From the NCBI GenBank assembly GCA_964016885.1, contig OZ024740.1, forward strand, positions 435,054,001 to 435,118,000: a stretch of DNA of 64,000 nt, given 5' to 3'. The number at the start of each line of letters is the position of its first letter. Position 1 is the stretch's first letter. The translations under genes and the position numbers were made by a program. Below the pieces are notes generated by a model. That model saw only the letters and a program-made list of their open reading frames with translations, was not told the DNA's origin and made no database searches. Below, in pieces: positions 18,001 through 35,744 of the stretch. The DNA comes from Eledone cirrhosa. Taxonomy: Eukaryota.

Positions 18001-21000
18001 AGTAATATAACAATATAGTCTATATATCTACACTAGTAGGTCAGACTATATAACAATATAGTCTATATATCTACACTAGTAGGTCAGACTATAACAATAT
18101 AGACTATATATCTACACTAGTAGGTCAGACTATAACAATATAGACTATATATCTACACTAGGAGATCAGTAATATAACAATATAGACTATATATTTACAC
18201 TAGTAGATCAGACTATATAACAATATAGACTATATATCTACACTAGTAGGTCAGACAATAACAATATAGACTATCTATCTACACTAGTAGATCAGACAAT
18301 AACAAAATAGACTATATATCTACACTAGTAGATCAGTAATAAAACAATATAGACTATATATCTACACTAGTAGGTCAGACTATATAACAATATAGACTAT
18401 ATATCTACACTAGTAGGTCAGACTATATAACAATATAGTCTATATATCTACACTAGTAGGTCAGACTATATAACAATATAGACTATATATCTACACTAGT
18501 AGGTCAGACTATAACAATATAGACTATATACCTACACTAGTAGGTCAGACTATAACAATATAGACTATATATCTACACTAGTACGTCAGTAATATAACAA
18601 TATAGACTATATATCTACACTACTAGGTCAGACTATATAACAATATAGACTATATATCTACACTAGTAGATCAGACTATAACAAAATAGACTATATATCT
18701 ACACTAGTAGGTCAGACTATAACAATATAGACTATATATCTACACTAGTAGTTCAGACTATAACAATATAGACTATATATCTACACTAGTAGTTCAGACT
18801 ATAACAATATAGACTATATATCTACACTAGTAGGTCAGACTATATAATATAGACTATATATCTACACTAGTAGGGCAGTAATATAACAATATGGACTATA
18901 TATCTACACTAGTAGATCAGACTATATAACAATATAGACTATATATCTACACTAGTAGATCAGACTATATAACAATATAGACTATATATCTACACTAGTA
19001 GGTCAGACTATAACAATATAGACTATATATCTACACTAGTAGGTCAGTAATATAACAATATAGACTATATATCTACACTAGTAGATCAGACTATATAACA
19101 ATATAGACTATACATCTACACTAGTAGGTCATACTATATAACAATATAGACTATATATCTACACTAGTAGATCAGACTATATAACAATATAGACTATATA
19201 TCTACACTAGTAGGTCAGACTATAACAATATAGACTATATATCTACACTAGTAGGTCAGACTATAACAATATAGACTATATATCTACACTAGTAGGTCAG
19301 ACCATATAACAATATAGACTATATATCTACACTAGGAGATCAGTAATATAACAATATAGTCTATATATCTACACTAGTAGGTCAGACTATAACAATATAG
19401 ACTATATATCTACACTAGTAGGTCAGACTATAACAATATAGACTATATATCTACACTAGGAGTTCAGTAATATAACAATATAGACTATATATCTACACTA
19501 GTAGATCAGACTATATAACAATATAGACTATATATCTACACTAGTAGATCAGACTATATAACAATATAGACTATATATCTACACTAGTAGATCAGACAAT
19601 AACAAAATAGACTATATATCTACACTAGTAGATCAGTAATAAAACAATATAGACTATATATCTACACTAGTAGGTCAGACTATATAACAATATAGACTAT
19701 ATATCTACACTAGTAGGTCAGACTATATAACAATATAGTCTATATATCTACACTAGTAGGTCAGACTATATAACAATATAGACTATATATCTACACTAGT
19801 AGGGCAGACTATAACAATATAGACTATATACCTACACTAGTAGGTCAGACTATAAAAATATAGACTATATATCTACACTAGTAGGTCAGTAATATAACAA
19901 TATAGACTATATATCTACACTAGTAGGTCAGACTATAACAATATAGACTATATATCTACACTAGTAGGTCAGTAATATAACAATATAGACTATATATCTA
20001 CACTAGTAGGTCAGTAATATAACAATATAGACTATATATCTACACTAGTAGGTCAGACCATATAACAATATAGACTATATATCTACACTAGGAGGTCAGT
20101 AATATAACAATATAGTCTATATATCTACACTAGTAGGTCAGACTATATAACAATATAGTCTATATATCTACACTAGTAGGTCAGACTATAACAATATAGA
20201 CTATATATCTACACTAGTAGGTCAGACTATAACAATATAGACTATATATCTACACTAGGAGATCAGTAATATAACAATATAGACTATATATTTACACTAG
20301 TAGATCAGACTATATAACAATATAGACTATATATCTACACTAGTAGGTCAGACTATAACAATATAGACTATCTATCTACACTAGTAGATCAGACAATAAC
20401 AAAATAGACTATATATCTACACTAGTAGATCAGTAATAAAACAATATAGACTATATATCTACACTAGTAGGTCAGACTATATAACAATATAGACTATATA
20501 TCTACACTAGTAGGTCAGACTATATAACAATATAGTCTATATATCTACACTAGTAGGTCAGACTATATAACAATATAGACTATATATCTACACTAGTAGG
20601 TCAGACTATAACAATATAGACTATATACCTACACTAGTAGGTCAGACTATAACAATATAGACTATATATCTACACTAGTACGTCAGTAATATAACAATAT
20701 AGACTATATATCTACACTACTAGGTCAGACTATATAACAATATAGACTATATATCTACACTAGTAGATCAGACTATAACAAAATAGACTATATATCTACA
20801 CTAGTAGGTCAGACTATAACAATATAGACTATATATCTACACTAGTAGTTCAGACTATAACAATATAGACTATATATCTACACTAGTAGTTCAGACTATA
20901 ACAATATAGACTATATATCTACACTAGTAGGTCAGACTATATAATATAGACTATATATCTACACTAGTAGGTCAGACTATAACAATATAGACTATATATG

Positions 21001-24000
21001 TACACTAGTAGGTCAGACTATATATCTACACTAGTAGTACAGACTATATAACAATATAGACTATATATCTACACTAGTAGGTCAGACTATAACAATATAG
21101 ACTATATATCTACACTAGTAGGTCAGACTATAACAATATAGATTATATATCTACACTAGTAGGTCAGACTATAACAATATAGACAATATATCTACACTAG
21201 TAGGTCAGACTATAACAATATAGACTATCTATCTACACTAGTAGGTCAGACTATAACAATATAGACTATATATCTCCACTAGTAGATCAGACTATAACAA
21301 TATAGACTATATATCTACACTAGTAGGTCAGACTATTAAAATATAGACTATATATCTACACTAGTAGGTCAGTAATATAACAATATAGACTATATATCTA
21401 CACTAGTATATCAGACTGTATAACAATATAGACTATATATCTACACTAGTAGATCAGACTATATAACAATATAGACTATATATCTACACTGGTAGGTCAG
21501 ACTATAACAATATAGACTATATATCTACACTAGTAGGTCATACTATATAACAATATAGACTATATATCTACACTAGTAGGTCAGACTATAACAATTTTAG
21601 ACTATCTATCTACACTAGTAGGTCAGACTATAACAATATAGACTATATATCTACACTAGTAGGTCAGTAATATAACAATATAGACTATATATCTACACTA
21701 GTAGGTCAGACTATAACAATATAGACTATATATCTACACTAGTAGGTCAGTAATATAACAATATAGACTATATATCTACACTAGTAGGTCAGAATATAAC
21801 AATATAGACTATATATCTACACTAGTAGGTCAGTAATATAACAATATAGACTATATATCTACACTAGTAGGTCAGACTATAACAATATAGACTATCTATC
21901 TACACTAGTAGGTCAGACTATAACAATATAGACTATATATCTACACTAGTAGGTCAGTAATATAACAATATAGACTATATATCTACACTAGTAGGTCAGA
22001 CTATAACAATATAGACTATATATCTACACTAGTAGGTCAGTAATATAACAATATAGACTATATATCTACACTAGTAGGTCAGACTATAACAATATAGACT
22101 ATATATCTACACTAGTAGGTCAGTAATATAACAATATAGACTATATATCTACACTAGTAGGTCAGACTATATAATATAGACTATATATCTACACTAGTAG
22201 GTCAGACTATAACAATATAGACTATATATCTACACTAGTAGGTCAGACTATAACAATATAGACTATATATCTACACTAGTAGGTCAGACTATAACAATAT
22301 AGACTATATATCTACACTAGTAGATCAGACTATAACAATATAGACTATATATCTACACTAGTAGGTCAGACTATAACAATATAGACTATATATCTACACT
22401 AGTAGGTCAGACTATAACAATATAGACTATATATCTACACTAGTATATCAGACTGTATAACAATATAGACTATATATCTACACTAGTAGATCAGACTATA
22501 TAACAATATAGTCTATATATCTACACTAGTAGGTCAGACTATATAACAATATAGACTATATATCTACACTAGTATATCAGACTATATAACAATATAGACT
22601 ATATATCTACACTAGTAGGTCAGACTATATAACAATATAGTCTATATATCTACACTAGTAGGTCAGTAATATAACAATATAGACTATATATCTACACTAG
22701 TAGGTCAGACTATATAACAATATAGACTATATATCTACACTAGTAGGTCAGTAATATAACAATATAGTCTATATATCTACACTAGTAGGTCAGACTATAT
22801 AACAATATAGACTATATATCTACACTAGTATATCAGACTATATAACAATATAGACTATATATCTACACTAGTAGGTCAGACTATATAACAATATAGACTA
22901 TATATCTACACTAGTAGGTCAGACTATATATCTACACTAGTAGTACAGACTATATAACAATATAGACTATATATCTACACTTGTAGGTCAGACTATAACA
23001 ATATAGACTATATATCTACACTAGTAGGTCAGACTATAACAATATAGATTATATATCTACACTAGTAGGTCAGACTATAACAATATAGACTATATATCTA
23101 CACTAGTAGGTCAGACTATAACAATATAGACTATCTATCTACACTAGTAGGTCAGTAATATAACAATATAGACTATATATCTACACTAGTAGGTCAGAAT
23201 ATAACAATATAGACTATATATCTACACTAGTAGGTCAGACTATAACAATATAGACTATATATCTACACTAGTAGGTCAGACTATAACAATATAGACTATA
23301 TATCTACACTAGTAGGTCAGACTATATAATATAGACTATATATCTACACTAGTAGGTCAGACTATAACAATATAGACTATATATCTACACTAGTAGGTCA
23401 GACTATAACAATATAGACTATATATCTACACTAGTAGGTCAGACTATAACAATATAGACTATATATCTCCACTAGTAGATCAGACTATAACAATATAGAC
23501 TATATATCTACACTAGTAGGTCAGACTATTAAAATATAGACTATATATCTACACTAGTAGGTCAGACTATAACAATATAGACTATATATCTACACTAGTA
23601 TATCAGACTGTATAACAATATAGACTATATATCTACACTAGTAGATCAGACTATATAACAATATAGACTATATATCTACACTAGTAGGTCAGACTATAAC
23701 AATATAGACTATATATCTACACTAGTAGATCAGACAATATAACAATATAGACTATATATCTACACTGGTAGGTCAGACTATAACAATATAGACTATATAT
23801 CTACACTAGTAGGTCATACTATATAACAATATAGACTATATATCTACACTAGTAGGTCAGACTATATAACAATATAGACTATATATCTACACTAGTAGGT
23901 CAGACTATAACAATATAGACTATATACCTACACTAGTAGATCAGACTATATAACAATATAGTCTATATATCTACACTAGTAGGTCAGTAATATAACAATA

Positions 24001-27000
24001 TAGACTATATATCTACACTAGTAGGTCAGACTATATAACAATATAGACTATATATCTACACTAGTAGGTCAGTAATATAACAATATAGACTATATATCTA
24101 CACTAGTAGGTCAGACTATATATCTACACTAGTAGGTCAGACTATAACAATATAGACTATCTATCTACACTAGTAGGTCAGACTATAACAATATAGACTA
24201 TATATCTACACTAGTAGGTCAGTAATATAACAATATAGACTATATATCTACACTAGTAGGTCAGACTATAACAATATAGACTATATATCTACACTAGTAG
24301 GTCAGTAATATAAAAATATAGACTATATATCTACACTAGTAGGTCAGAATATAACAATATAGACTATATATCTACACTAGTAGGTCAGACTATAACAATA
24401 TAGACTATATATCTACACTAGTAGGTCAGACTATAACAATATAGACTATATATCTACACTAGTAGGTCAGTAATATAACAATATAGACTATATATCTACA
24501 CTAGTAGGTCAGACTATAACAATATAGACTATATATCTACACTAGTAGGTCAGTAATATAACAATATAGACTATATATCTACACTAGTAGGTCAGACTAT
24601 AACAATATAGACTATATATCTACACTAGTAGGTCAGTAATATAACAATATAGACTATATATCTACACTAGTAGATCAGACTATATAACAATATAGACTAT
24701 ATATCTACACTAGTAGGTCAGACTATATAATATAGACTATATATCTACTCTAGTAGGTCAGACTATAACAATATAGACTATATATCTACACTAGTAGGTC
24801 AGACTATAACAATATAGACTATATATCTACACTAGTAGGTCAGACTATAACAATATAGACTATATATCTACACTAGTAGATCAGACTATAACAATATAGA
24901 CTATATATCTACACTAGTAGGTCAGACTATAACAATATAGACTATATATCTACACTAGTAGGTCAGACTATAACCATATAGACTATATATCTACACTAGT
25001 ATATCAGACTGTATAACAATATAGACTATATATCTACACTAGTAGATCAGACTATATAACAATATAGACTATATATCTACACTAGTAGGTCAGACTATAA
25101 CAATATAGACTATATATCTACACTAGTAGATCAGACAATATAACAATATAGACTATATATCTACACTGGTAGGTCAGACTATAACAATATAGACTATATA
25201 TCTACACTAGTAGATCAGACTATATAACAATATAGTCTATATCTCTACACTAGTAGGTCAGTAATATAACAATATAGACTATATATCTACACTAGTAGGT
25301 CAGACTATATAACAACATAGACTATATATCTACACTAGTAGGTCAGTAATATAGCAATATAGTCTATATATCTACACTAGTAGGTCAGACTATATAACAA
25401 TATAGACTATATATCTACACTAGTATATCAGACTATATAACAATATAGACTATATATCTACACTAGTAGGTCAGACTATATAACAATATAGACTATATAT
25501 CTACACTAGTAGGTCAGACTATATATCTACACTAGTAGATCAGACTATAACAATATAGACCATATATCTACACTAGTAGGTCAGACTATATAACAATATA
25601 GACTATATATCTACACTAGTAGATCAGACAATATAACAATATAGACTATATATCTACACTAGTAGGTCAGACTATATATCTACACTAGTAGTACAGACTA
25701 TATAACAATATAGACTATATATCTACACTAGTAGGTCAGACTATAACAATATAGACTATATATCTACACTAGTAGGTCAGACTATAACAATATAGATTAT
25801 ATATCTACACTAGTAGGTCAGACTATAACAATATAGACAATATATCTACACTAGTAGGTCAGACTATAACAATATAGACTATCTATCTACACTAGTAGGT
25901 CAGACTATAACAATATAGACTATATATCTCCACTAGTAGATCAGACTATAACAATATAGACTATATATCTACACTAGTAGGTCAGACTATTAAAATATAG
26001 ACTATATATCTACACTAGTAGGTCAGTAATATAACAATATAGACTATATATCTACACTAGTATATCAGACTGTATAACAATATAGACTATATATCTACAC
26101 TAGTAGATCAGACTATATAACAATATAGACTATATATCTACACTGGTAGGTCAGACTATAACAATATAGACTATATATCTACACTAGTAGGTCATACTAT
26201 ATAACAATATAGACTATATATCTACACTAGTAGGTCAGACTATAACAATTTTAGACTATCTATCTACACTAGTAGGTCAGACTATAACAATATAGACTAT
26301 ATATCTACACTAGTAGGTCAGTAATATAACAATATAGACTATATATCTACACTAGTAGGTCAGACTATAACAATATAGACTATATATCTACACTAGTAGG
26401 TCAGTAATATAACAATATAGACTATATATCTACACTAGTAGGTCAGAATATAACAATATAGACTATATATCTACACTAGTAGGTCAGTAATATAACAATA
26501 TAGACTATATATCTACACTAGTAGGTCAGACTATAACAATATAGACTATCTATCTACACTAGTAGGTCAGACTATAACAATATAGACTATATATCTACAC
26601 TAGTAGGTCAGTAATATAACAATATAGACTATATATCTACACTAGTAGGTCAGACTATAACAATATAGACTATATATCTACACTAGTAGGTCAGTAATAT
26701 AACAATATAGACTATATATCTACACTAGTAGGTCAGACTATAACAATATAGACTATATATCTACACTAGTAGGTCAGTAATATAACAATATAGACTATAT
26801 ATCTACACTAGTAGGTCAGACTATATAATATAGACTATATATCTACACTAGTAGGTCAGACTATAACAATATAGACTATATATCTACACTAGTAGGTCAG
26901 ACTATAACAATATAGACTATATATCTACACTAGTAGGTCAGACTATAACAATATAGACTATATATCTACACTAGTAGATCAGACTATAACAATATAGACT

Positions 27001-30000
27001 ATATATCTACACTAGTAGGTCAGACTATAACAATATAGACTATATATCTACACTAGTAGGTCAGACTATAACAATATAGACTATATATCTACACTAGTAT
27101 ATCAGACTGTATAACAATATAGACTATATATCTACACTAGTAGATCAGACTATATAACAATATAGACTATATATCTACACTAGTAGGTCAGACTATAACA
27201 ATATAGACTATATATCTACACTAGTAGATCAGACAATATAACAATATAGACTATATATCTACACTGGTAGGTCAGACTATAACAATATAGACTATATATC
27301 TACACTAGTAGGTCATACTATATAACAATATAGACTATATATCTACACTAGTAGGTCAGACTATAACAATATAGACTATATACCTACACTAGTAGATCAG
27401 ACTATATAACAATATAGTCTATATATCTACACTAGTAGGTCAGTAATATAACAATATAGACTATATATCTACACTAGTAGGTCAGACTATATAACAATAT
27501 AGACTATATATCTACACTAGTAGGTCAGTAATATAACAATATAGTCTATATATCTACACTAGTAGGTCAGACTATATAACAATATAGACTATATATCTAC
27601 ACTAGTATATCAGACTATATAACAATATAGACTATATATCTACACTAGTAGGTCAGACTATATAACAATATAGACTATATATCTACACTAGTAGGTCAGA
27701 CTATATATCTACACTAGTAGTACAGACTATATAACAATATAGACTATATATCTACACTTGTAGGTCAGACTATATATCTACACTTGTAGGTCAGACTATA
27801 ACAATATAGACTATATATCTACACTAGTAGGTCAGACTATAACAATATAGATTATATATCTACACTAGTAGGTCAGACTATAACAATATAGACTATATAT
27901 CTACACTAGTAGGTCAGACTATAACAATATAGACTATCTATCTACACTAGTAGGTCAGTAATATAACAATATAGACTATATATCTACACTAGTAGGTCAG
28001 AATATAACAATATAGACTATATATCTACACTAGTAGGTCAGACTATAACAATATAGACTATATATCTACACTAGTAGGTCAGACTATAACAATATAGACT
28101 ATATATCTACACTAGTAGGTCAGACTATATAATATAGACTATATATCTACACTAGTAGGTCAGACTATAACAATATAGACTATATATCTACACTAGTAGG
28201 TCAGACTATAACAATATAGACTATATATCTACACTAGTAGGTCAGACTATAACAATATAGACTATATATCTCCACTAGTAGATCAGACTATAACAATATA
28301 GACTATATATCTACACTAGTAGGTCAGACTATTAAAATATAGACTATATATCTACACTAGTAGGTCAGACTATAACAATATAGACTATATATCTACACTA
28401 GTATATCAGACTGTATAACAATATAGACTATATATCTACACTAGTAGATCAGACTATATAACAATATAGACTATATATCTACACTAGTAGGTCAGACTAT
28501 AACAATATAGACTATATATCTACACTAGTAGATCAGACAATATAACAATATAGACTATATATCTACACTGGTAGGTCAGACTATAACAATATAGACTATA
28601 TATCTACACTAGTAGGTCATACTATATAACAATATAGACTATATATCTACACTAGTAGGTCAGACTATATAACAATATAGACTATATATCTACACTAGTA
28701 GGTCAGACTATAACAATATAGACTATATACCTACACTAGTAGATCAGACTATATAACAATATAGTCTATATATCTACACTAGTAGGTCAGTAATATAACA
28801 ATATAGACTATATATCTACACTAGTAGGTCAGACTATATAACAATATAGACTATATATCTACACTAGTAGGTCAGTAATATAACAATATAGACTATATAT
28901 CTACACTAGTAGGTCAGACTATATATCTACACTAGTAGGTCAGACTATAACAATATAGACTATCTATCTACACTAGTAGGTCAGACTATAACAATATAGA
29001 CTATATATCTACACTAGTAGGTCAGTAATATAACAATATAGACTATATATCTACACTAGTAGGTCAGACTATAACAATATAGACTATATATCTACACTAG
29101 TAGGTCAGTAATATAAAAATATAGACTATATATCTACACTAGTAGGTCAGAATATAACAATATAGACTATATATCTACACTAGTAGGTCAGACTATAACA
29201 ATATAGACTATATATCTACACTAGTAGGTCAGACTATAACAATATAGACTATATATCTACACTAGTAGGTCAGTAATATAACAATATAGACTATATATCT
29301 ACACTAGTAGGTCAGACTATAACAATATAGACTATATATCTACACTAGTAGGTCAGTAATATAACAATATAGACTATATATCTACACTAGTAGGTCAGAC
29401 TATAACAATATAGACTATATATCTACACTAGTAGGTCAGTAATATAACAATATAGACTATATATCTACACTAGTAGATCAGACTATATAACAATATAGAC
29501 TATATATCTACACTAGTAGTTCAGACTATATAATATAGACTATACATCTACACTAGTAGGTCAGACTATAACAATATAGACTATATATCTACACTAGTAG
29601 GTCAGACTATAACAATATAGACTATATATCTACACTAGTAGGTCAGACTATAACAATATAGACTATATATCTACACTAGTAGATCAGACTATAACAATAT
29701 AGACTATATATCTACACTAGTAGGTCAGACTATAACAATATAGACTATATATCTACACTAGTAGGTCAGACTATAACCATATAGACTATATATCTACACT
29801 AGTATATCAGACTGTATAACAATATAGACTATATATCTACACTAGTAGATCAGACTATATAACAATATAGACTATATATCTACACTAGTAGGTCAGACTA
29901 TAACAATATAGACTATATATCTACACTAGTAGATCAGACAATATAACAATATAGACTATATATCTACACTGGTAGGTCAGACTATAACAATATAGACTAT

Positions 30001-33000
30001 ATATCTACACTAGTAGATCAGACTATATAACAATATAGTCTATATCTCTACACTAGTAGGTCAGTAATATAACAATATAGACTATATATCTACACTAGTA
30101 GGTCAGACTATATAACAACATAGACTATATATCTACACTAGTAGGTCAGTAATATAGCAATATAGTCTATATATCTACACTAGTAGGTCAGACTATATAA
30201 CAATATAGACTATATATCTACACTAGTATATCAGACTATATAACAATATAGACTATATATCTACACTAGTAGGTCAGACTATATAACAATATAGACTATA
30301 TATCTACACTAGTAGGTCAGACTATATATCTACACTAGTAGATCAGACTATAACAATATAGACCATATATCTACACTAGTAGGTCAGACTATATAACAAT
30401 ATAGACTATATATCTACACTAGTAGATCAGACAATATAACAATATAGACTATATATCTACACTAGTAGGTCAGACTATATATCTACACTAGTAGGTCAGA
30501 CTATATAACAATATAGACTATATATCTACACTAGTAGGTCAGACTATATAATATAGACTATATATCTACACTAGTAGGTCAGACTATAACAATATAGACT
30601 ATATACCTACACTAGTAGATCAGACTATATAACAATATAGTCTATATCTCTACACTAGTAGGTCAGTAATATAACAATATAGACTATATATCTACACTAG
30701 TAGGTCAGACTATATAACAACATAGACTATATATCTACACTAGTAGGTCAATAATATAGCAATATAATCTATATATCTACACTAGTAGGTCAGACTATAT
30801 AACAATATAGACTATATATCTACACTAGTATATCAGACTATATAACAATATAGACTATATATCTACACTAGTAGGTCAGACTATATAACAATATAGACTA
30901 TATATCTACACTAGTAGGTCAGACTATATATCTACACTAGTAGATCAGACTATAACAATATAGACCATATATCTACACTAGTAGGTCAGACTATATAACA
31001 ATATAGACTATATATCTACACTAGTAGATCAGACAATATAACAATATAGACTATATATCTACACTAGTAGGTCAGACTATATAATATAGACTATATATCT
31101 ACACTAGTAGGTCAGACTATAACAATATAGACTATATATCTACACTAGTAGGTCAGACTATAACAATATAGACTATATATCTACACTAGTAGGTCAGTAA
31201 TATAACAATATAGACTATATATCTACACTAGTAGGTCAGACTATAACAATATAGACTATATATCTACACTAGTAGGTCAGACTATATAATATAGACTATA
31301 TATCTACACTAGTAGGTCAGACTATAACAATATAGACTATATATCTACACTAGTAGGTCAGACTATAACAATATAGACTACATATCTACACTAGTAGGTC
31401 AGACTATAACAATATAGACTATATATCTACACTAGTAGGTCAGACTATAACAATATAGACTACATATCTACACTAGTAGGTCAGACTATAACAATATAGA
31501 CTATATATCTACACTAGTAGGTCAGACTATAACAATATAGACTATATATCTACACTAGTAGATCAGACAATATAACAATATAGACTATATATCTACACTG
31601 GTAGGTCAGACTATAACAATATAGACTATATATCTACACTAGTAGGTCATACTATATAACAATATAGACTATATATCTACACTAGTAGGTCAGACTATAT
31701 AACAATATAGACTATATATCTACACTAGTAGGTCAGACTATAACAATATAGACTATATACCTACACTAGTAGATCAGACTATATAACAATATAGTCTATA
31801 TATCTACACTAGTAGGTCAGTAATATAACAATATAGACTATATATCTACACTAGTAGGTCAGACTATAACAATATAGACTATATACCTACACTAGTAGAT
31901 CAGACTATATAACAATATAGTCTATATATCTACACTAGTAGGTCAGTAATATAACAATATAGACTATATATCTACACTAGTAGGTCAGACTATAACAATA
32001 TAGACTATATACCTACACTAGTAGATCAGACTATATAACAATATAGTCTATATATCTACACTAGTAGGTCAGTAATATAACAATATAGACTATATATCTA
32101 CACTGGTAGGTCAGTAATATAACAATATAGACTATATATCTACACTAGTAGTACAGACTATATAACAATATAGACTATATATCTACACTAGTAGGTCAGA
32201 CTATATATCTACACTAGTAGGTCAGACTATAACAATATAGACTATATATCTACACTAGTAGGTCAGACAATAACAATATAGACTATCTATCTACACTAGT
32301 AGCTCAGACTATAACAATATAGACTATATATCTACACTAGTAGGTCAGTAATATAACAATATAGTCTATATATCTACACTAGTAGGTCAGACTATAACAA
32401 TATAGACTATATATCTACACTAGTAGGTCAGTAATATAACAATATAGACTATATATCTACACTAGTAGGTCAGAATATAACAATATAGACTATATATCTA
32501 CACTAGTAGGTCAGAATATAACAATATAGACTATATATCTACACTAGTAGGTCAGACTATAACAATATAGACTATATATCTACACTAGTAGGTCAGACTA
32601 TAACAATATAGACTATATATCTACACTAGTAGGTCAGACTATATAATATAGATTATATATCTACACTAGTAGGTCAGACTATAACAATATAGACTATATA
32701 TCTACACTAGTAGGTCAGACTATAACAATATAGACTATATATCTACACTAGTAGGTCAGACTATATATCTACACTAGTAGGTCAGACTATAACAATATAG
32801 ACTATATATCTACACTAGTAGGTCAGACTATAACAATATAGACTATATATCTACACTAGTAGGTCAGACTATATAATATAGACTATATATCTACACTAGT
32901 AGGTCAGACTATAACAATATAGACTATATATCTACACTAGTAGGTCAGACTATAACAATATAGACTATCTATCTACACTAGTAGGTCAGACTATAACAAT

Positions 33001-35390
33001 ATAGACTATATATCTACACTAGTAGGTCAGTAATATAACAATATAGACTATATATCTACACTAGTAGGTCAGACTATAACAATATAGACTATATATCTAC
33101 ACTAGTAGGTCAGTAATATAACAATATAGACTATATATCTACACTAGTAGGTCAGACTATAACAATATAGACTATATATCTACACTAGTAGGTCAGTAAT
33201 ATAACAATATAGACTATATATCTACACTAGTATATCAGACTATATAACAATATAGACTATATATCTACACTAGTAGGTCAGACTATATAACAATATAGAC
33301 TATATATCTACACTAGTAGGTCAGACTATATATCTACACTAGTAGATCAGACTATAACAATATAGACCATATATCTACACTAGTAGGTCAGACTATATAA
33401 CAATATAGACTATATATCTACACTAGTAGATCAGACAATATAGACTATATATCTACACTAGTAGGTCAGACTATATATCTACACTAGTAGGTCAGACTAT
33501 ATAACAATATAGACTATATATCTACACTAGTAGGTCAGACTATATAATATAGACTATATATCTACACTAGTAGGTCAGACTATAACAATATAGACTATAT
33601 ATCTACACTAGTATATTAGACTCTATAACAATATAGACTATATATCTACACTAGTAGATCAGACTATATAACAATATAGACTATATATCTACACTAGTAG
33701 GTCAGACTATAACAATATAGACTATATATCTACACTAGTAGATCAGACAATATAACAATATAGACTATATATCTACACTGGTAGGTCAGACTATAACAAT
33801 ATAGACTATATATCTACACTAGTAGGTCATACTATATAACAATATAGACTATATATCTACACTAGTAGGTCAGACTATATAACAATATAGACTATATATC
33901 TACACTAGTAGGTCAGACTATAACAATATAGACTATATACCTACACTAGTAGATCAGACTATATAACAATATAGTCTATATATCTACACTAGTAGGTCAG
34001 TAATATAACAATATAGACTATATATCTACACTAGTAGGTCAGTAATATAACAATATAGTCTATATATCTACACTAGTAGGTCAGACTATATAACAATATA
34101 GACTATATATCTACACTAGTATATCAGACTATATAACAATATAGACTATATATCTACACTAGTATGTCAGACTATATAACAATATAGACAATATATCTAC
34201 ACTAGTAGGTCAGACTATATATCTACACTAGTAGATCAGACTATAACAATATAGACCATATATCTACACTAGTAGGTCAGACTATATAACAATATAGACT
34301 ATATATCTACACTAGTAGATCAGACAATATAACAATATAGACTATATATCTACACTAGTAGGTCAGACTATATATCTACACTAGTAGGTCAGACTATATA
34401 ACAATATAGACTATATATCTACACTAGTAGGTCAGTAATATAACAATATAGACTATATATCTACACTAGTAGGTCAAACTATAACAATATAGACTATATA
34501 TCTACACTAGTAGATCAGACAATATAACAATATAGACTATATATCTACACTAGTAGGTCAGACTATATAACAATATAGACTATATATTTACACTAGTAGA
34601 TCAGACTATAACAATATAGACTATATATCTACACTAGTAGATCAGACTATAACAATATAGACTATATATCTACACTGGTAGGTCAGACTATATAACAATA
34701 TAGACTATATACCTACACTAGTAGGTCAGACTATATAACAATATAGACTATATATCTACACTAGTAGATCAGACTATAACAATATAGACTATATATCTAC
34801 ACTAGTAGGTCAGTAATATAACAATATAGACTATATATCTACACTAGTAGGTCAGACTATATATCTACACTAGTAGATCAGACTATAACAATATAGACTA
34901 TATATCTACACTAGTAGGTCAGACTATAACAATATAGACTATATATCTACACTAGTAGATCAGACTATATAACAATATAGACTATATATCTACACTAGTA
35001 GGTCAGTAATATAACAATATAGACTATATATCTACACTAGTAGGTCAGACCATATAACAATATAGACTATATACCTACACTAGTAGATCAGACTATATAA
35101 CAATATAGACTATATATCTACACTAGTAGATCAGACTATATAACAATATAGACTGTATATCTACACTAGTAGGTCATACTATAACAATATAGACTATATA
35201 TCTCCACTAGTAGGTCAGACCATATAACAATATAGACTATATATCTACACTAGTAGGTCAGACTATAACAATATAGACTATATATTTACACTAGTAGGTC
35301 AGTAATATAACAATATAGACTATATATCTACACTAGTAGGTCAGACTATAACAATATAGACTATATATCTACACTAGTAGGTCAGACAAC
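1..35390. repeat. Satellite A: ~41-bp tandem repeat, roughly 850 copies, truncated by the left window edge
   Basis: Consensus AACAATATAGACTATATATCTACACTAGTAGGTCAGACTAT (41 bp; successive units start at 421 and 462). Recurrent variants: 43 bp (+AT), 42 bp (GTCAGTAATAT), and 26 bp (lacking AACAATATAGACTAT). Array decays into unique sequence at ~35387-35405. Confidence 0.99.
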
Positions 35391-35612
35391 AAGATATATA
35401 ACAATTCAGATTATTTAATCACAAGATATTATCTCTTTGATGAAAATAATGGTAAGTATGAGTAATTCTGAAAATTCTTAGAGAAAGATTGCCTTAGAGT
35501 TGTGACAAGACAGAACCAAACAATGGCTGTTATTTTATGAATTATTAGTTTGGAAACCTATGATTTTGAGAGAGAAAAGACATCTTTCGCAAGAGAAAGT
35601 TTATCGTTAATG

Positions 35613-35653
35613 TTTTTACGTCCATTTTTCCACGCTTGCATGGGTTGGACAGG
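35613..35653 (-). mobile_element. 3' tail fragment of a SINE-like interspersed repeat
   Basis: TTTTACGTCCATTTTTCCACGCTTGCATGGGTTGGACAGG is the reverse complement of the tail at 37137-37190 (CCTGTCTAACCCATGCTAGCATGGAAGAACGGACATAAA followed by TGA repeats). Confidence 0.75.
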
Positions 35654-35744
35654 GCCTTTTCAGCACAGTATCTCTCCACGTTCCTTTGTCATCACCTAAC
35701 CCCTTAGCATTGCAATGAGGTAGGGCTGGTGCCTTGGATAAATC

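Noticed and set aside
1-35390. CRISPR-like array (palindromic ~40-bp periodicity)
   Set aside because: Units are contiguous with no unique spacers, there are no cas genes, and the context is eukaryotic SINE/LINE DNA. The same applies to the other arrays.
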